A DNA stretch of 64,000 nucleotides from an uncultured Chloroflexia bacterium (GTDB lineage: Bacteria; Chloroflexota; Limnocylindria; Limnocylindrales; CSP1-4), in the NCBI GenBank assembly GCA_963766735.1, contig CAVYBU010000017.1, positions 32,001 to 96,000 of the forward strand, given 5' to 3'. Below the pieces are notes generated by a model. It ran no database searches and had not been told where the DNA came from. It worked only from the letters and a program-made list of their open reading frames with translations. Below are positions 11,552-20,712 of the stretch, in pieces. Both the position numbers and the translations under genes were made by a program. The first letter of the stretch is position 1; the number at the start of each line of letters is the position of its first letter.

Positions 11552-12718
11552 TCACGCCGGTTCCACACGCACCACCATGCGTTCGTGGTACCCCGTGACA
11601 ACACTCAGGTGGCCCGCAAGGTCGCGATCGAGATCACGGTCGCCGGTGTCGACGAGCAGAGGTCGCCCGCGGAGCGCGGCCAGCTTGGCAGGGGTCGCCA
11701 CGACCAAGAGACTGTCCCGAGAGATTGCCCGGATGACATCCGGCGAGATCGGCTGGTTGCCTCGTCCGAACAGAAAGCCCTGCCCACCGATCGGCGTGAC
11801 GACGATCGACACTGGTCTGCCCGCCACAGCTTCGCGGATCTCGCGCTCTCCGGCGTCGGTCACCATCAGGTCCGGCCCGGTCACCGTCGCGGTCACGACG
11901 TCGATACCCACAAGGGTCTTGCGTACGCCGAGCGCCGCGGCCACGCTCCCGACCGTCGTGCCCGGGCCGAGCACATAGCAGCGCCCCGCCACTAGGCCTT
12001 CGAAGATGTCGGCCGCGATCCCGGCCATGGCGACGGCCTCGCTCGCTGGGGACGGGGCCTTCCGGGCCTGCACCAGACGGCTGACGGGCACGCGCAGGTA
12101 TCCGTGCAGGCGCGGTGTCACCTCGCCTCGTCGATACGCGTCCTCATCCAGGTCGAGGACCTCACGCTCGGCGGTTCGTCGGGCCACGGAGCCAACGTAC
12201 GCGGCTGCGAGCCGGCCGGCCGCCGCAGGGCTCGTGGCGAATACCGCAGATTGGACCTTGACTCCGGCCGGGATGCCGAGCGTCGTGATCGTCCCGCCCA
12301 CCGCCGCGACGATATCTCTCGCCGTCCCATCACCCCCGGCGAACAGCAGCAAGTCCACCTGCTCCGCGGCGAGGGCCGCCGCGAGCTGGCGCGTGTCGCC
12401 GGCTGTCGTGGTGCCGACTGTCGGCCCACCCACGGTCATCGCCGGGTATTCGGCCCCGGCGGCCGCGAGAAGCCCCAGATGTGCGTCCCCGGTGAGCAGT
12501 CGGGGCAGCGGCGCAGGGGCGGGCCACGCCGCCCGCAGGGCACGCAGGGGATCACTGGCCCGGGCGGTCGCTACGGCCTCGGCACCCAGGGCGAGCGCCC
12601 TGGCGACAGCCTCGGCGCCATCGGTTCCATGGAGCCCCACACGTCCACCAAGGCCTGCGATCGGGTTCACAACAAGGCCGATGGTGGGACGAAGCGACGA
12701 CCCGCGGGGATCAGGCAT
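11552..12718 (-). CDS. ATP-NAD kinase family protein (COG3199/AcoX-like), second copy
   Basis: NPIAGLGGRVGLHGTDG, GGDGTARD, PAGVKVQSAVFA, TPIGGQGFLFGRGNQP. Start overlaps the gcvPB-like stop. Confidence 0.85.
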   Translation of the reverse strand: MPDPRGSSLRPTIGLVVNPIAGLGGRVGLHGTDGAEAVARALALGAEAVATARASDPLRALRAAWPAPAPLPRLLTGDAHLGLLAAAGAEYPAMTVGGPTVGTTTAGDTRQLAAALAAEQVDLLLFAGGDGTARDIVAAVGGTITTLGIPAGVKVQSAVFATSPAAAGRLAAAYVGSVARRTAEREVLDLDEDAYRRGEVTPRLHGYLRVPVSRLVQARKAPSPASEAVAMAGIAADIFEGLVAGRCYVLGPGTTVGSVAAALGVRKTLVGIDVVTATVTGPDLMVTDAGEREIREAVAGRPVSIVVTPIGGQGFLFGRGNQPISPDVIRAISRDSLLVVATPAKLAALRGRPLLVDTGDRDLDRDLAGHLSVVTGYHERMVVRVEPA

Positions 12719-14327
12719 CGGCCGGAGTTGCCTCCGGCGAACCCAGGCCCGAGGCAGAGCCGTGCTTGCGGCGATAGGCCCGCCACGTGATCGCCCAGCG
12801 GTCGGGATCCTCGAACCAGCTGTGGTCGATCTGGTGAATCGTGCTCCGATGCGGGGCGGAACGCACCACATCGGGCGTGGAGTAGGCCTCGCCAGCGACG
12901 GTCCGGAGCATGGCGGCGTACTCGTCGAGGTCCGCCCGTGAGTACGACTCGGTCGGCTCCAGGGTCATTGGCTCCGGGACGACGAAGGGGTGGTGGCTTG
13001 TCCAGTAATGCGTCCCGAAATCGGCCATCCGCACCCCGATCTCCTCGCTGTGGATGTCGGTGTCCCGGGTCAGCTCCTCCCAGCTGTAGCGGACCTGTTC
13101 AATCCGGCGCTTGCCCTCCGCGTATGGCGCAGACACGCCGCGGATCGCCAGGACCAACTTCATGAGGTAGTTGTTGTTGAGGACGGCGATCTCGGAGACT
13201 TCCCTGAGGCCGACGGCCCCGAGGCTCATGATCCAGGCGTAGGCGCGGACGAGGTTGGGCGCGACGCCGTACCAGGGCCGCACCTTGCCAATGCTGTCGG
13301 GCCGGACGTGGTCGAGGTAGAAGCGGTCGCCGTCGCGCTCCACGGTTGGCGCGGGCAGGTAGCGTGCGATCTCGGCCGTGACACCGCAGGCCCCCGCCGC
13401 CGGCCCGCCGCAGGCGTGAGGCGTCGAGAACGTCTTGTGCAGGTTGAAGTGGCACAGGTCGAAACCGGCGTCGCGAGCCCGCGTGATCCCCAGCAAGCCA
13501 TTGGCGTTGGCCTGGTCGTACGAAGCCAAACCGCCCACGTCGTGCACCGCCTGCACGAACGCATCGATCTCAGGGTTGAAGATCCCCGTGTCCTCTGGGT
13601 TCGTGATCAGCAGTGCCGCGGTCCGTTCGGACAGGACGCTCTTGAGTGCTGCGAGCGATGGCCGGCCGGTCTCCGGGTCCGGCATGAGCGTGATCACGCG
13701 ATAGCCTGCCGTCTTCGCGCACGCCGCATTCGAGGGATGGCTGAACATCGACGTGATGATCTCGTCGCGCCGTTCGGCATCGCCCCGCGCAGCGTGGTAC
13801 GCCCTGATCATCGAGACGTTGGCCCAGATCGCGGCTGAGCCCGCCCCCGGCTGGAGGCTGACGCGGTCCATTCCCGAGATCTCGCGCAGCAGTTGCTCCA
13901 GCCGCCAGATGATCTCGAGGGCACCCTGGATCGTGGATTCATCCTGCAGCGGGTGCAGGTCGGCGAGGCGCGGGTTGCGGACCAGCTGGTCGTTCACCTT
14001 CGGCGAGTACTTCATCGTGCACGTGCCCTGTCCGACATCGATGTTGAGATCGGCACCCAGGTTCTCCTGGGACAGGCGGGTGTAGTGACGGACGACATGC
14101 AGCTGCGCCAGCTCTGGAAGCGCCGGCGCCGAGGTCCGGCGAACGCCGGGTGGCAGTTGTGCCGCAGGGCTGCCAACGCGTTCGGAGATGCCTTGCTCCA
14201 GCTCTGGAAGCAGCACGCCGCGAGCACCGGGGGTGCTGAGCTCGAACAGGATCGGCTCGTCCCAACTGGCCTGGTGAAAGCGGCGGGGCTGCGGCTTGGG
14301 CCCGATCGCGGCGTGCGGTGCGGTCAT
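12711..14327 (-). CDS. gcvPB: GcvPB-like PLP enzyme, second copy
   Basis: VVRHYTRLSQ, GTCTMKYSP, ITNPEDTGIF, NLHKTFSTPH, LEPTES. Confidence 0.88.
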   Translation of the reverse strand: MTAPHAAIGPKPQPRRFHQASWDEPILFELSTPGARGVLLPELEQGISERVGSPAAQLPPGVRRTSAPALPELAQLHVVRHYTRLSQENLGADLNIDVGQGTCTMKYSPKVNDQLVRNPRLADLHPLQDESTIQGALEIIWRLEQLLREISGMDRVSLQPGAGSAAIWANVSMIRAYHAARGDAERRDEIITSMFSHPSNAACAKTAGYRVITLMPDPETGRPSLAALKSVLSERTAALLITNPEDTGIFNPEIDAFVQAVHDVGGLASYDQANANGLLGITRARDAGFDLCHFNLHKTFSTPHACGGPAAGACGVTAEIARYLPAPTVERDGDRFYLDHVRPDSIGKVRPWYGVAPNLVRAYAWIMSLGAVGLREVSEIAVLNNNYLMKLVLAIRGVSAPYAEGKRRIEQVRYSWEELTRDTDIHSEEIGVRMADFGTHYWTSHHPFVVPEPMTLEPTESYSRADLDEYAAMLRTVAGEAYSTPDVVRSAPHRSTIHQIDHSWFEDPDRWAITWRAYRRKHGSASGLGSPEATPADA

Positions 14328-15734
14328 CGGGTGACCTCCCGGAGACTCTCGACGAGGCGGTCGATGTCAGCCTGAGATCGGACCTCGGTCACGGCGAACA
14401 GGGCGCTCTGACCCAGCGCGGGGAACTCGATCGAGAGATCCTTGCCGCCGTGAATGCCGCGTGAGAGAAGATGCTGGTTGATCTGGGCGATGGTCCGACC
14501 AGTCCCGGAGAAGTCGGCGACGAACTCGTGGACGTGGTGGCCGGTGCTGAAAGGCACGCGGACGCCCGGAAGCTCCGCCAGGCGCTCGATCGCGTATCGC
14601 GTGCGCGCCATCATCCGCTCGCCGAGCTCGACCATGCCCTGGGGTCCCATGAGCGCGAGGTACACGCCGGCCGTGATGCCCCACAGGGCGGCTGCCGTCC
14701 CGACCCACTCCTTGCCCTCTTCGCGGACCGCGAAGGACGTCCGTTCGTAGGCGACGTCACCGAACCCATACTCGCCCTTGACCCGCGTTGGCGCGATCCC
14801 GAACAGGCGCGAGGGGTACTCCTGGATGATCCGCGGGTCGTCGGCCGAGGCGATGAACCCACCGTGCCCGCCGCCGAACTGCTGGTGGATGCCAAGCGGT
14901 TGGATATCGCCGCGCGCGATGTCGGCCCCGATCGACGCGGGCGGGGCGAGGACGCCGAGGGTCGAGGGATCCACCGACACGACCGCCAATCCCCCCACCC
15001 CATGGGCGAGAGCCGTGATCTCGGCGCGTGCGTCTCGACGATGCCGAGATACGACGGCTGTTCGAAGTAGACGGCCGCGGTGTCGACACCCAGAACGGCC
15101 TGCAGTGCGTCCAGGTCCAGTTCGCCCGTCTCCGGGTTGTGCGGCAGCAGCTCCAGTGACAGATCCGGCGCACAGTAGTCCACGATCTTGGACAGCTTGT
15201 CCCGGCCGACAGTGTCGGCGATCAGGACGCGCCGGCGGCCCGTCGCGCGCGCGGCATGCGAAGCGACGTGGCCGCCGCTTGGAAGCCATCGTAGACGGGG
15301 ACGTTCACGACGTCCATGTCAAGCAGCTCGCCCATCATCGAGACGTACTCGAACAGGGCCTGAAATCGACCGTGGTCCTCGTACGGCTCGCCCGCGTAGG
15401 CGGTCAAGAACTCACTCCGGCCACTGATCTCGTCACAGACCGCCGGCACGTAGTGGTCGTAGCACCCGGCGCCGAGGAAGCTGATCAGTTCCCGGGTCGA
15501 CGTGTTCCGGTTGAGCATGCCCTCGACGTGGCGCACGAGCTCCGCCTCGGATGCCAGTGGTGTCGGCAGGTCGAGTGGCCGGTGCATGCGCAGTCGTCCC
15601 GGGACTTCCGCGTACAACTCCTCGATATCCCTTGCCCCGGTGGCGGCCAGCATGGCGGCCTTGACCGCGGGTTCGGAGTTCGGAATGTACGGGTGGACAG
15701 TCGGTGACTGCGAAGGAGGTGTCGGGTGGCTCAT
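14324..15734 (-). CDS. gcvPA: GcvPA-like protein, second copy; two apparent single-base frameshifts (~15255 and ~15025)
   Basis: Pieces in three frames: HPYIPNS...FLGAGCYDHYVPAV...RSEFLTAY; DYCAPD...YFEQPSYLGIVE; GADIARGDIQPLGI...AVTEVRSQADIDRLV. Restoring one G at each of two GG runs joins them. Confidence 0.82.
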
Positions 15735-16598
15735 GGTGTCTCCGTGGTCGGCCTCGACCGGTGGTGTGCATCGAGTTGGTCAGCCTCTGGCGCCGGGCCC
15801 TGCCGGATCCAGTCGCGGCTGGCGAGGCCGCCGGCGAGCTCGCCGCCGTCGATCGGGATGGCGGTGCCGGTGAGGTACGCGCCCTCGTCGGACGCGAGGA
15901 AGGCGAACAGCGCCGCCACCTCCTCGGGCCGCGCGTGTCGGTTGAGCGGGATCTTCGCGTCGGTCGCCGCCAGCATCTCCGGGGTGTACTCGGATTGCTG
16001 CATGGGGGTCATCACGTAGCCCGGGCAGACCGCGTTGACCCGGATCGTGGGAGCGAGCTCCAGGGCCATGGACCGGGTCAGCAGGATCACGCCAGCCTTG
16101 GACGCGTTGTAATCCGCGTAGAAGGGGTGGCCGACGATCCCGTTGGTGGACGCCGTCATGAGGATTGCGCCGCCATCGCCGGCGACCATGCGGCGGGCGG
16201 CCTCCTGGGCGCAGTTGAAGACGCCGTCGAGGTTGACCGCCATGACGCGCCGCCAGTCCTCGGGCGTGATGTCCAGGAACCGGTGGCGGACGCTGATGCC
16301 GGCGTTCGCGATGAGCACGTCGACCCCGCCGATCAGCCGGTCGACGACGAGGAACGCGGCATCCACGGACGCGCGGTCCGCCACGTCCGCTTCCACGACC
16401 CCGGCGAGGCCGGGGAGCTCCGCCCGGACGGCCTCGTTGCGCACCGGGTCCCGGTCCAGGATGACGACCCGGCTGCCTTCCGCGACGAACCGTGCCGCCG
16501 TGGCCTGGCCGATGCCGCTGGACCCGCCCGTGACGACGACCCGGCCGTCCGGCGAGGTCGGGGTGGCGGGCGACGGATATCGGCTGTCCCTCGGTCAT
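15731..16598 (-). CDS. SDR oxidoreductase; apparent frameshift at ~16545
   Basis: MTEGQPISVARHPDLAGR, then shifted frame RVVVTGGSSGIG...ANAGI...YNASK...VCPGYVMT...IDGG. Stop overlaps the gcvPA-like start. Confidence 0.85.
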
Positions 16599-16642
16599 GT
16601 GTCGTGCTCCGTGTCCGATCCGTGTCCTTGTCCTGGCCTGGG

Positions 16643-16727
16643 AACTCGCGCGCACTGCGGGTGGAAGCCCTCGGGAACGTCCATCGCAGTGCATGGTAGG
16701 GGAGGTGCAGCATCGGTTGCGCGAGCC
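16643..16727 (-). other. Predicted structured leader RNA upstream of the SDR-gcvP-like operon
   Basis: Minus-strand outer stem GGCUCGCGC/GCGCGAGUU and inner stem GCACUGCG/CGCAGUGC extended by UGGA/UCCA. The G-U pairs work only on the minus (sense) strand. Confidence 0.4.
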
Positions 16728-16736
16728 ATGGGCGCC

Positions 16737-16762
16737 GCCGTTCCTCGGCCGTTCCTCGGCCG
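16737..16762. repeat. 11-bp tandem direct repeat GCCGTTCCTCG x2 plus GCCG
   Basis: Directly visible at 16737-16747 and 16748-16758, next to an AT-rich promoter-like patch (16771-16803). Confidence 0.8.
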
Positions 16763-16827
16763 CGCCCTGTGGGTAAAGTTATGAGTGATGTAAGTGCATG
16801 TGGAATCGCGGCAGCCGCAGGTGACGA

Positions 16828-17022
16828 TTGCCGTCCGACGTGTCCACCGCAATCGCTGCCCTCCAGGCTGATCCTGTCCTCTTGGAGGCCGTTGGCCCGG
16901 TGGTTGCGGAACACTATCCAGTGGTGAAGCAGTTCGAGGCGGAACTCGCCGCCGAGGCAGACAGGGCGATGCCCGGTGCCGGGCTCGCATGGGAGCGACG
17001 CGCCTACCTCGAGGCCGTGTGA
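16828..17022 (+). pseudogene. C-terminal remnant of a glutamine synthetase-family (gamma-glutamyl-amine ligase-like) gene
   Basis: LPSDVSTAIAALQADPVLLEAVGPVVAEHYPVVKQFE...WERRAYL resembles the GS-family C-terminus. There is no room upstream for the catalytic domain. Confidence 0.65.
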
Positions 17023-17023
17023 G

Positions 17024-18024
17024 GTGGTCGAACGCCTCGGGCTGCGCTTCGGGCGCCTGTTTCCCGGCGAGCGACTGGTGGCCCTGACCGGGGCTGACAG
17101 CATGGCCGAGGCGTTTGACCGCCTGGGCCCGCAGCGACCGGCCACCTGCGGTGCCTACGCCTCTCGTATCTCTTTCCCGCCCTCGGCCTGGTGGAGCAGG
17201 ACGGCCATGACCTCGCGGCGGAGGACTACCTCGCCCACCTGGCCGGTGTGGTTGTCGAGGCGTTCGAGATCCCAATCTCGGACGCGATCAGCGAGCGTGT
17301 TGGGCGCGGCGAGCTCACTGAGTCGGAGGCGATGGCGGCACACGGGCGCTCCTGGTACCGGTATCCGGTCCGGAGTTCAGCGGATCCAGTTGAGAGCGGG
17401 ACCAGCCCCGCCGGAGTTGCCCGGGCGATCGACGTGGCCTCGGCCGGCCGGGTGGTGGCCGTTCCGCTCTCTGCCAGGCTGGAGGATGGATCCGTCCAGC
17501 TCACCGATGACCGCTGGTCTGGGGTTCTGGACGAACTTGCCGCGCACGTCGACGACTGGCAGTGGCACGCTGTCTTCAACTACGAGAGCGATCAGGTTCT
17601 GAAGCCGGATGACCCGGCATTCACGCCGGCGAACCTGGCTGCGGCCGGTGCCGAGGCGAGGCTGCCGCGGGATGACTGGGGTGTCGGTCACTTCGCCGGC
17701 CTCGCCGGTCTGTGGCGGATGCGGAGCACTGGCCGATGGTGGATGCTCCTGTTCGATACCTACAAGCATCGCGGGTTCGACGGGTATCAGCCCCAACCGG
17801 CCAGCCTGATGCGGCAAGCACTGGTTCGGACCGACGGACGCGGTGGCGGGGTCCTGCTGGTGGTGCCGGCGCAGACGGTGCAGGACGTTCGGCGGATGCT
17901 GGACCGGCGTGGCCTCGTGGCGCGCATGTGGTCGAACGGGTCACCGGAGCCCGACGACTGGGCGTGGACGGCCCCGGCTGAGGTCTCGCCCCGGCTCCCC
18001 TCGGCGGTACAGTGGCAGCGATGA
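17024..18024 (+). CDS. Papain-fold Cys-His-Asp protein, phytochelatin synthase/C39-like (possibly DUF6885); apparent frameshift at ~17160
   Basis: Frame from GTG 17024 gives PQRPATCGAY. Adding one base joins it to LSYLFPALGLVEQD...WGVGHFAGLAG...LLFDTYK...QALVRTDGRGGGVLLV. Confidence 0.6.
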
Positions 18025-18407
18025 CCTCGCCCGAGCACCCCAACCCGGTTCGGCCCGTCGACTACAAGGGCGAACCCCTCGATGCCGGGCGCGGCCCCGG
18101 CCTCGGCTGCTTCCGCTTCCAGGTTGGGCTGCTCGCCTTCCTGTTGATCCTGACGCCCCTGTCCGTGGCCTGGAACTGGCCGACGGCGGCCAGTGCGGTC
18201 CTGCTGTTCCTGACCCTGATCATCCTGCTGTTCGCAGGCCAGACGGTCATCTTCCTGCTGCGCCTGGTGGCCGCGGATCGGCGCGACGGGGGCCGCCATC
18301 GCCCGCTCGCCAGCCCCACCATGACGGTCGGCGAGCTGGAGGATTCCAGCGCGCCAGCGGATGCGCTCGCGGACCCCGGGACAACCGACCCGGGCGTGCG
18401 AGAATAG
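18021..18407 (+). CDS. Small hypothetical membrane protein (2 TM)
   Basis: ATGA overlap with the previous stop; two hydrophobic segments. Confidence 0.7.
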   Translation: MTSPEHPNPVRPVDYKGEPLDAGRGPGLGCFRFQVGLLAFLLILTPLSVAWNWPTAASAVLLFLTLIILLFAGQTVIFLLRLVAADRRDGGRHRPLASPTMTVGELEDSSAPADALADPGTTDPGVRE

Positions 18408-18450
18408 CCACGGCCCCACGTCCAGGGATCCCAGGGAGGCGCTTCGTTCC

Positions 18451-18777
18451 GTGCCCGTTCTCGCAACGTTCTTCTCCGTCCGCCGCGGACGAGATCCGTT
18501 CTTCAAGTTCTTCATGAAGACGATCTTTCCGCGCCAGGTGAAGGAGTACGAGGAGAAGTTCGGTATCCGCTTCGTCGGCTGGTACAACGTGGCGCACGGC
18601 TGGGATTTCGACAATGTCATCCTGCTCGACCTGCCCGACTATGGGACGCTCGACCGCCTCGAGGCGGACGAGGCGACCCGGGCGCTGGGCCATCGGGCGG
18701 GGGAGTGGATGTTCGAACGACACCACTCGATGTTCCTCCGGGAGCGACTCGGAGCAGACCTCGAGTACCACGGATGA
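18451..18777 (+). CDS. Hypothetical protein, possibly NIPSNAP/dimeric alpha-beta barrel fold
   Basis: GGGAGG RBS, GTG start, strong coding bias; KFGIRFVGWYNV...VILLDLPDYGTLDRL pattern. Confidence 0.7.
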   Translation: MPVLATFFSVRRGRDPFFKFFMKTIFPRQVKEYEEKFGIRFVGWYNVAHGWDFDNVILLDLPDYGTLDRLEADEATRALGHRAGEWMFERHHSMFLRERLGADLEYHG

Positions 18778-18790
18778 AGGAGGCGATCGA

Positions 18791-19768
18791 ATGGACGTGA
18801 GCCGCAACGACATGCTCAGCGAGCTCGCCAGCGACGCCGGCCTTGAGCGGACGGATTTCGTCGTGCAGGCGACGGAGCAGCTGGCGAGGTTCCTGGACCG
18901 GAACCGGGACCGGATCAGCCAGCTGGGTGGCCTGACCCTCATCGATGAAGACCCCGACTACCTGTCGGTCGCGCCGGACTGCTCGTTCCGCGTGCGCAGC
19001 CGCTACGAGGATGCCGACACGGGCGAGTGGGTCTCCGAGACGGAGATCGTCGAGACGGCGTCGGAGCTGGTCGAGCTCTACAACCCGGTCGAGATCTACG
19101 CGGCCTTCGCGGAGGCGGCCCGTGAGGCTGCCGGGCTCGAGGCGGAGCCCACCGCCGCGGGCGAGATGCTGGCCGCCTCGGGCGTCTCTCCCGAGGAGAC
19201 CGTCGGCCCCGGTGACGACGCGGGCTATGTCGGCGCTGCCGAGCAGTGGGCCGCTGGTCGCCCTCCCGTGCTGGACGCGGATGACGAGGAATTGGCCGCC
19301 CTGGCGCTGTTCAACCTGGCGCTCGACTTCCAGGACCGGAGCCAGCAGGTTGAGTCCGGCCTCATCGACCAGTTCGAGGAGGCCGCGGCGCGGGTCACCG
19401 AGCAGCTCGGCGACCTGATCATCGTGGACGACGACGACGAGCGACTCGTCCTGGGCGTCACCGGCCGCTTCCGCGCCGAGGTCCTCCCGGAGGGTGGCGA
19501 CGGCAAGTGGCGGCAGCTGGTCACCCCGGAGGACATCGTCGAGTTCTACGATCCCACGGACGTCTTCGGGGACCTGGCCGACGCTCTGGCGGAGGCCTTC
19601 CCGGCGATCGCCCCCGAGCTCGAGGACGAAGACGAGGCGGGCGCCGACGACGGGGACGAAGAGGCGCAGGACGAAGGCGACGAGGACGAAGAGGCCCAGG
19701 ACGAAGGCGACGCGGAAGACGTCGAGGATGTCGAGGACGCTGCGCCCGGGGATGAGACCCCGGGCTGA
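18791..19768 (+). CDS. Highly acidic hypothetical protein with an internal domain duplication
   Basis: GGAGG RBS; two similar halves (see findings); Asp/Glu-rich tail. Confidence 0.8.
   Translation: MDVSRNDMLSELASDAGLERTDFVVQATEQLARFLDRNRDRISQLGGLTLIDEDPDYLSVAPDCSFRVRSRYEDADTGEWVSETEIVETASELVELYNPVEIYAAFAEAAREAAGLEAEPTAAGEMLAASGVSPEETVGPGDDAGYVGAAEQWAAGRPPVLDADDEELAALALFNLALDFQDRSQQVESGLIDQFEEAAARVTEQLGDLIIVDDDDERLVLGVTGRFRAEVLPEGGDGKWRQLVTPEDIVEFYDPTDVFGDLADALAEAFPAIAPELEDEDEAGADDGDEEAQDEGDEDEEAQDEGDAEDVEDVEDAAPGDETPG
19654..19713 (+). repeat. 30-bp in-frame tandem repeat (DEEAQDEGD x2)
   Basis: ggacgaagaggcgcaggacgaaggcgacga followed by ggacgaagaggcccaggacgaaggcgacgc. Confidence 0.9.
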
Positions 19769-19820
19769 CGAGCGCGCCTAGCCTTCGGGCGCACCGGCCG
19801 GCGAGGGCTCCAGACCACCC

Positions 19821-20678
19821 GTGCGCCCCGTCGGTGCGGAGCTCGTCGAGCGCCGGGAGATCCTGACGGGCCAGTGGCTCGCATCGTGGCACGTCCCGAC
19901 GATCGTCTCGGGCGTCCGCGCGGGTCAGGCCGTCCAGGTGCGGACCGTCGAGGCCGGCGGGTTGCCGCTGCGTCGCCCGTACCCGATTGCCACGACCGAC
20001 GTCGCCAGCGGCACGCTCGCCATCCAGGTCCCGGGCACCGGCGCGGCCGGCGCGTGGGTCCGCGGGCTGCGTCCCGGCGATCGCGCCGACATGGCGGGCC
20101 CACTCGGACGACCGTTCGAGGTTGATCCTCGGTCTCGCCACCTGCTCCTCGTGGCCGAGGGTGCCTCCATCGCCAGCCTGCGTCTCCTGGTCGACGAGGC
20201 GATCCGGGACGGCCGCTCGGTCGTCCTGCTGTTCGGCGCCACCTCCGCCGGCGAGGTGTACCCGTCCAGCCTCCTGCCCGACGAGGTGGAGTACGTCGTT
20301 GCCACGGCGGACGGCAGCCTGGGGCATCACGGTCGCGTCGTGGACCTGGCGGTCTCCTACGAGGCCTGGGCGGACCAGGCCTTCGCCGCGGGCCCATCGG
20401 CGCTGCTTGCGGAGCTGACACGGCTGGCCACGGGCCGCCGGGGCCGGATGGGGGTCGCCAACCTCGGGCGCAAGCGGGGCGGCGGCAAACCCGTGCAGCC
20501 CGGATCGGCGGAGGCGCGTCGCAAGTCGTTCCTCCAGGTTGGGATCGACCAGTCGATCGGGTGCGCGGCGGGGACGTGCCTCGGCTGCGTGGTGCCGGGC
20601 CGCGACGGCCCGGTTCGCGTGTGTCGCGAGGGGCCGGCGTTCGCCGCGGACGAGCTGGATTGGGACCGGGTCTCGTGA
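19821..20678 (+). CDS. pyrK: Dihydroorotate dehydrogenase electron transfer subunit-like (FAD, 2Fe-2S)
   Basis: LRRPYPI (FAD), GPLGRPF, TADGSLGHHG, CAAGTCLGC...VCREGP (2Fe-2S). Confidence 0.85.
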   Translation: MRPVGAELVERREILTGQWLASWHVPTIVSGVRAGQAVQVRTVEAGGLPLRRPYPIATTDVASGTLAIQVPGTGAAGAWVRGLRPGDRADMAGPLGRPFEVDPRSRHLLLVAEGASIASLRLLVDEAIRDGRSVVLLFGATSAGEVYPSSLLPDEVEYVVATADGSLGHHGRVVDLAVSYEAWADQAFAAGPSALLAELTRLATGRRGRMGVANLGRKRGGGKPVQPGSAEARRKSFLQVGIDQSIGCAAGTCLGCVVPGRDGPVRVCREGPAFAADELDWDRVS

Positions 20679-20712
20679 CACCCCTGCCGGCTCGTGACCC
20701 GGGTTCGCTGTC

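Noticed and set aside
15020-15260. Programmed frameshifting in gcvPA copy 2
   Set aside because: No slippery heptamer; simple single-G losses at GG runs fit sequencing error better.
16600-16805. Glycine or lysine riboswitch upstream of the gcvP-like operon
   Set aside because: Conserved core sequences of these riboswitches are absent on the sense strand; kept only as an unknown structured leader.
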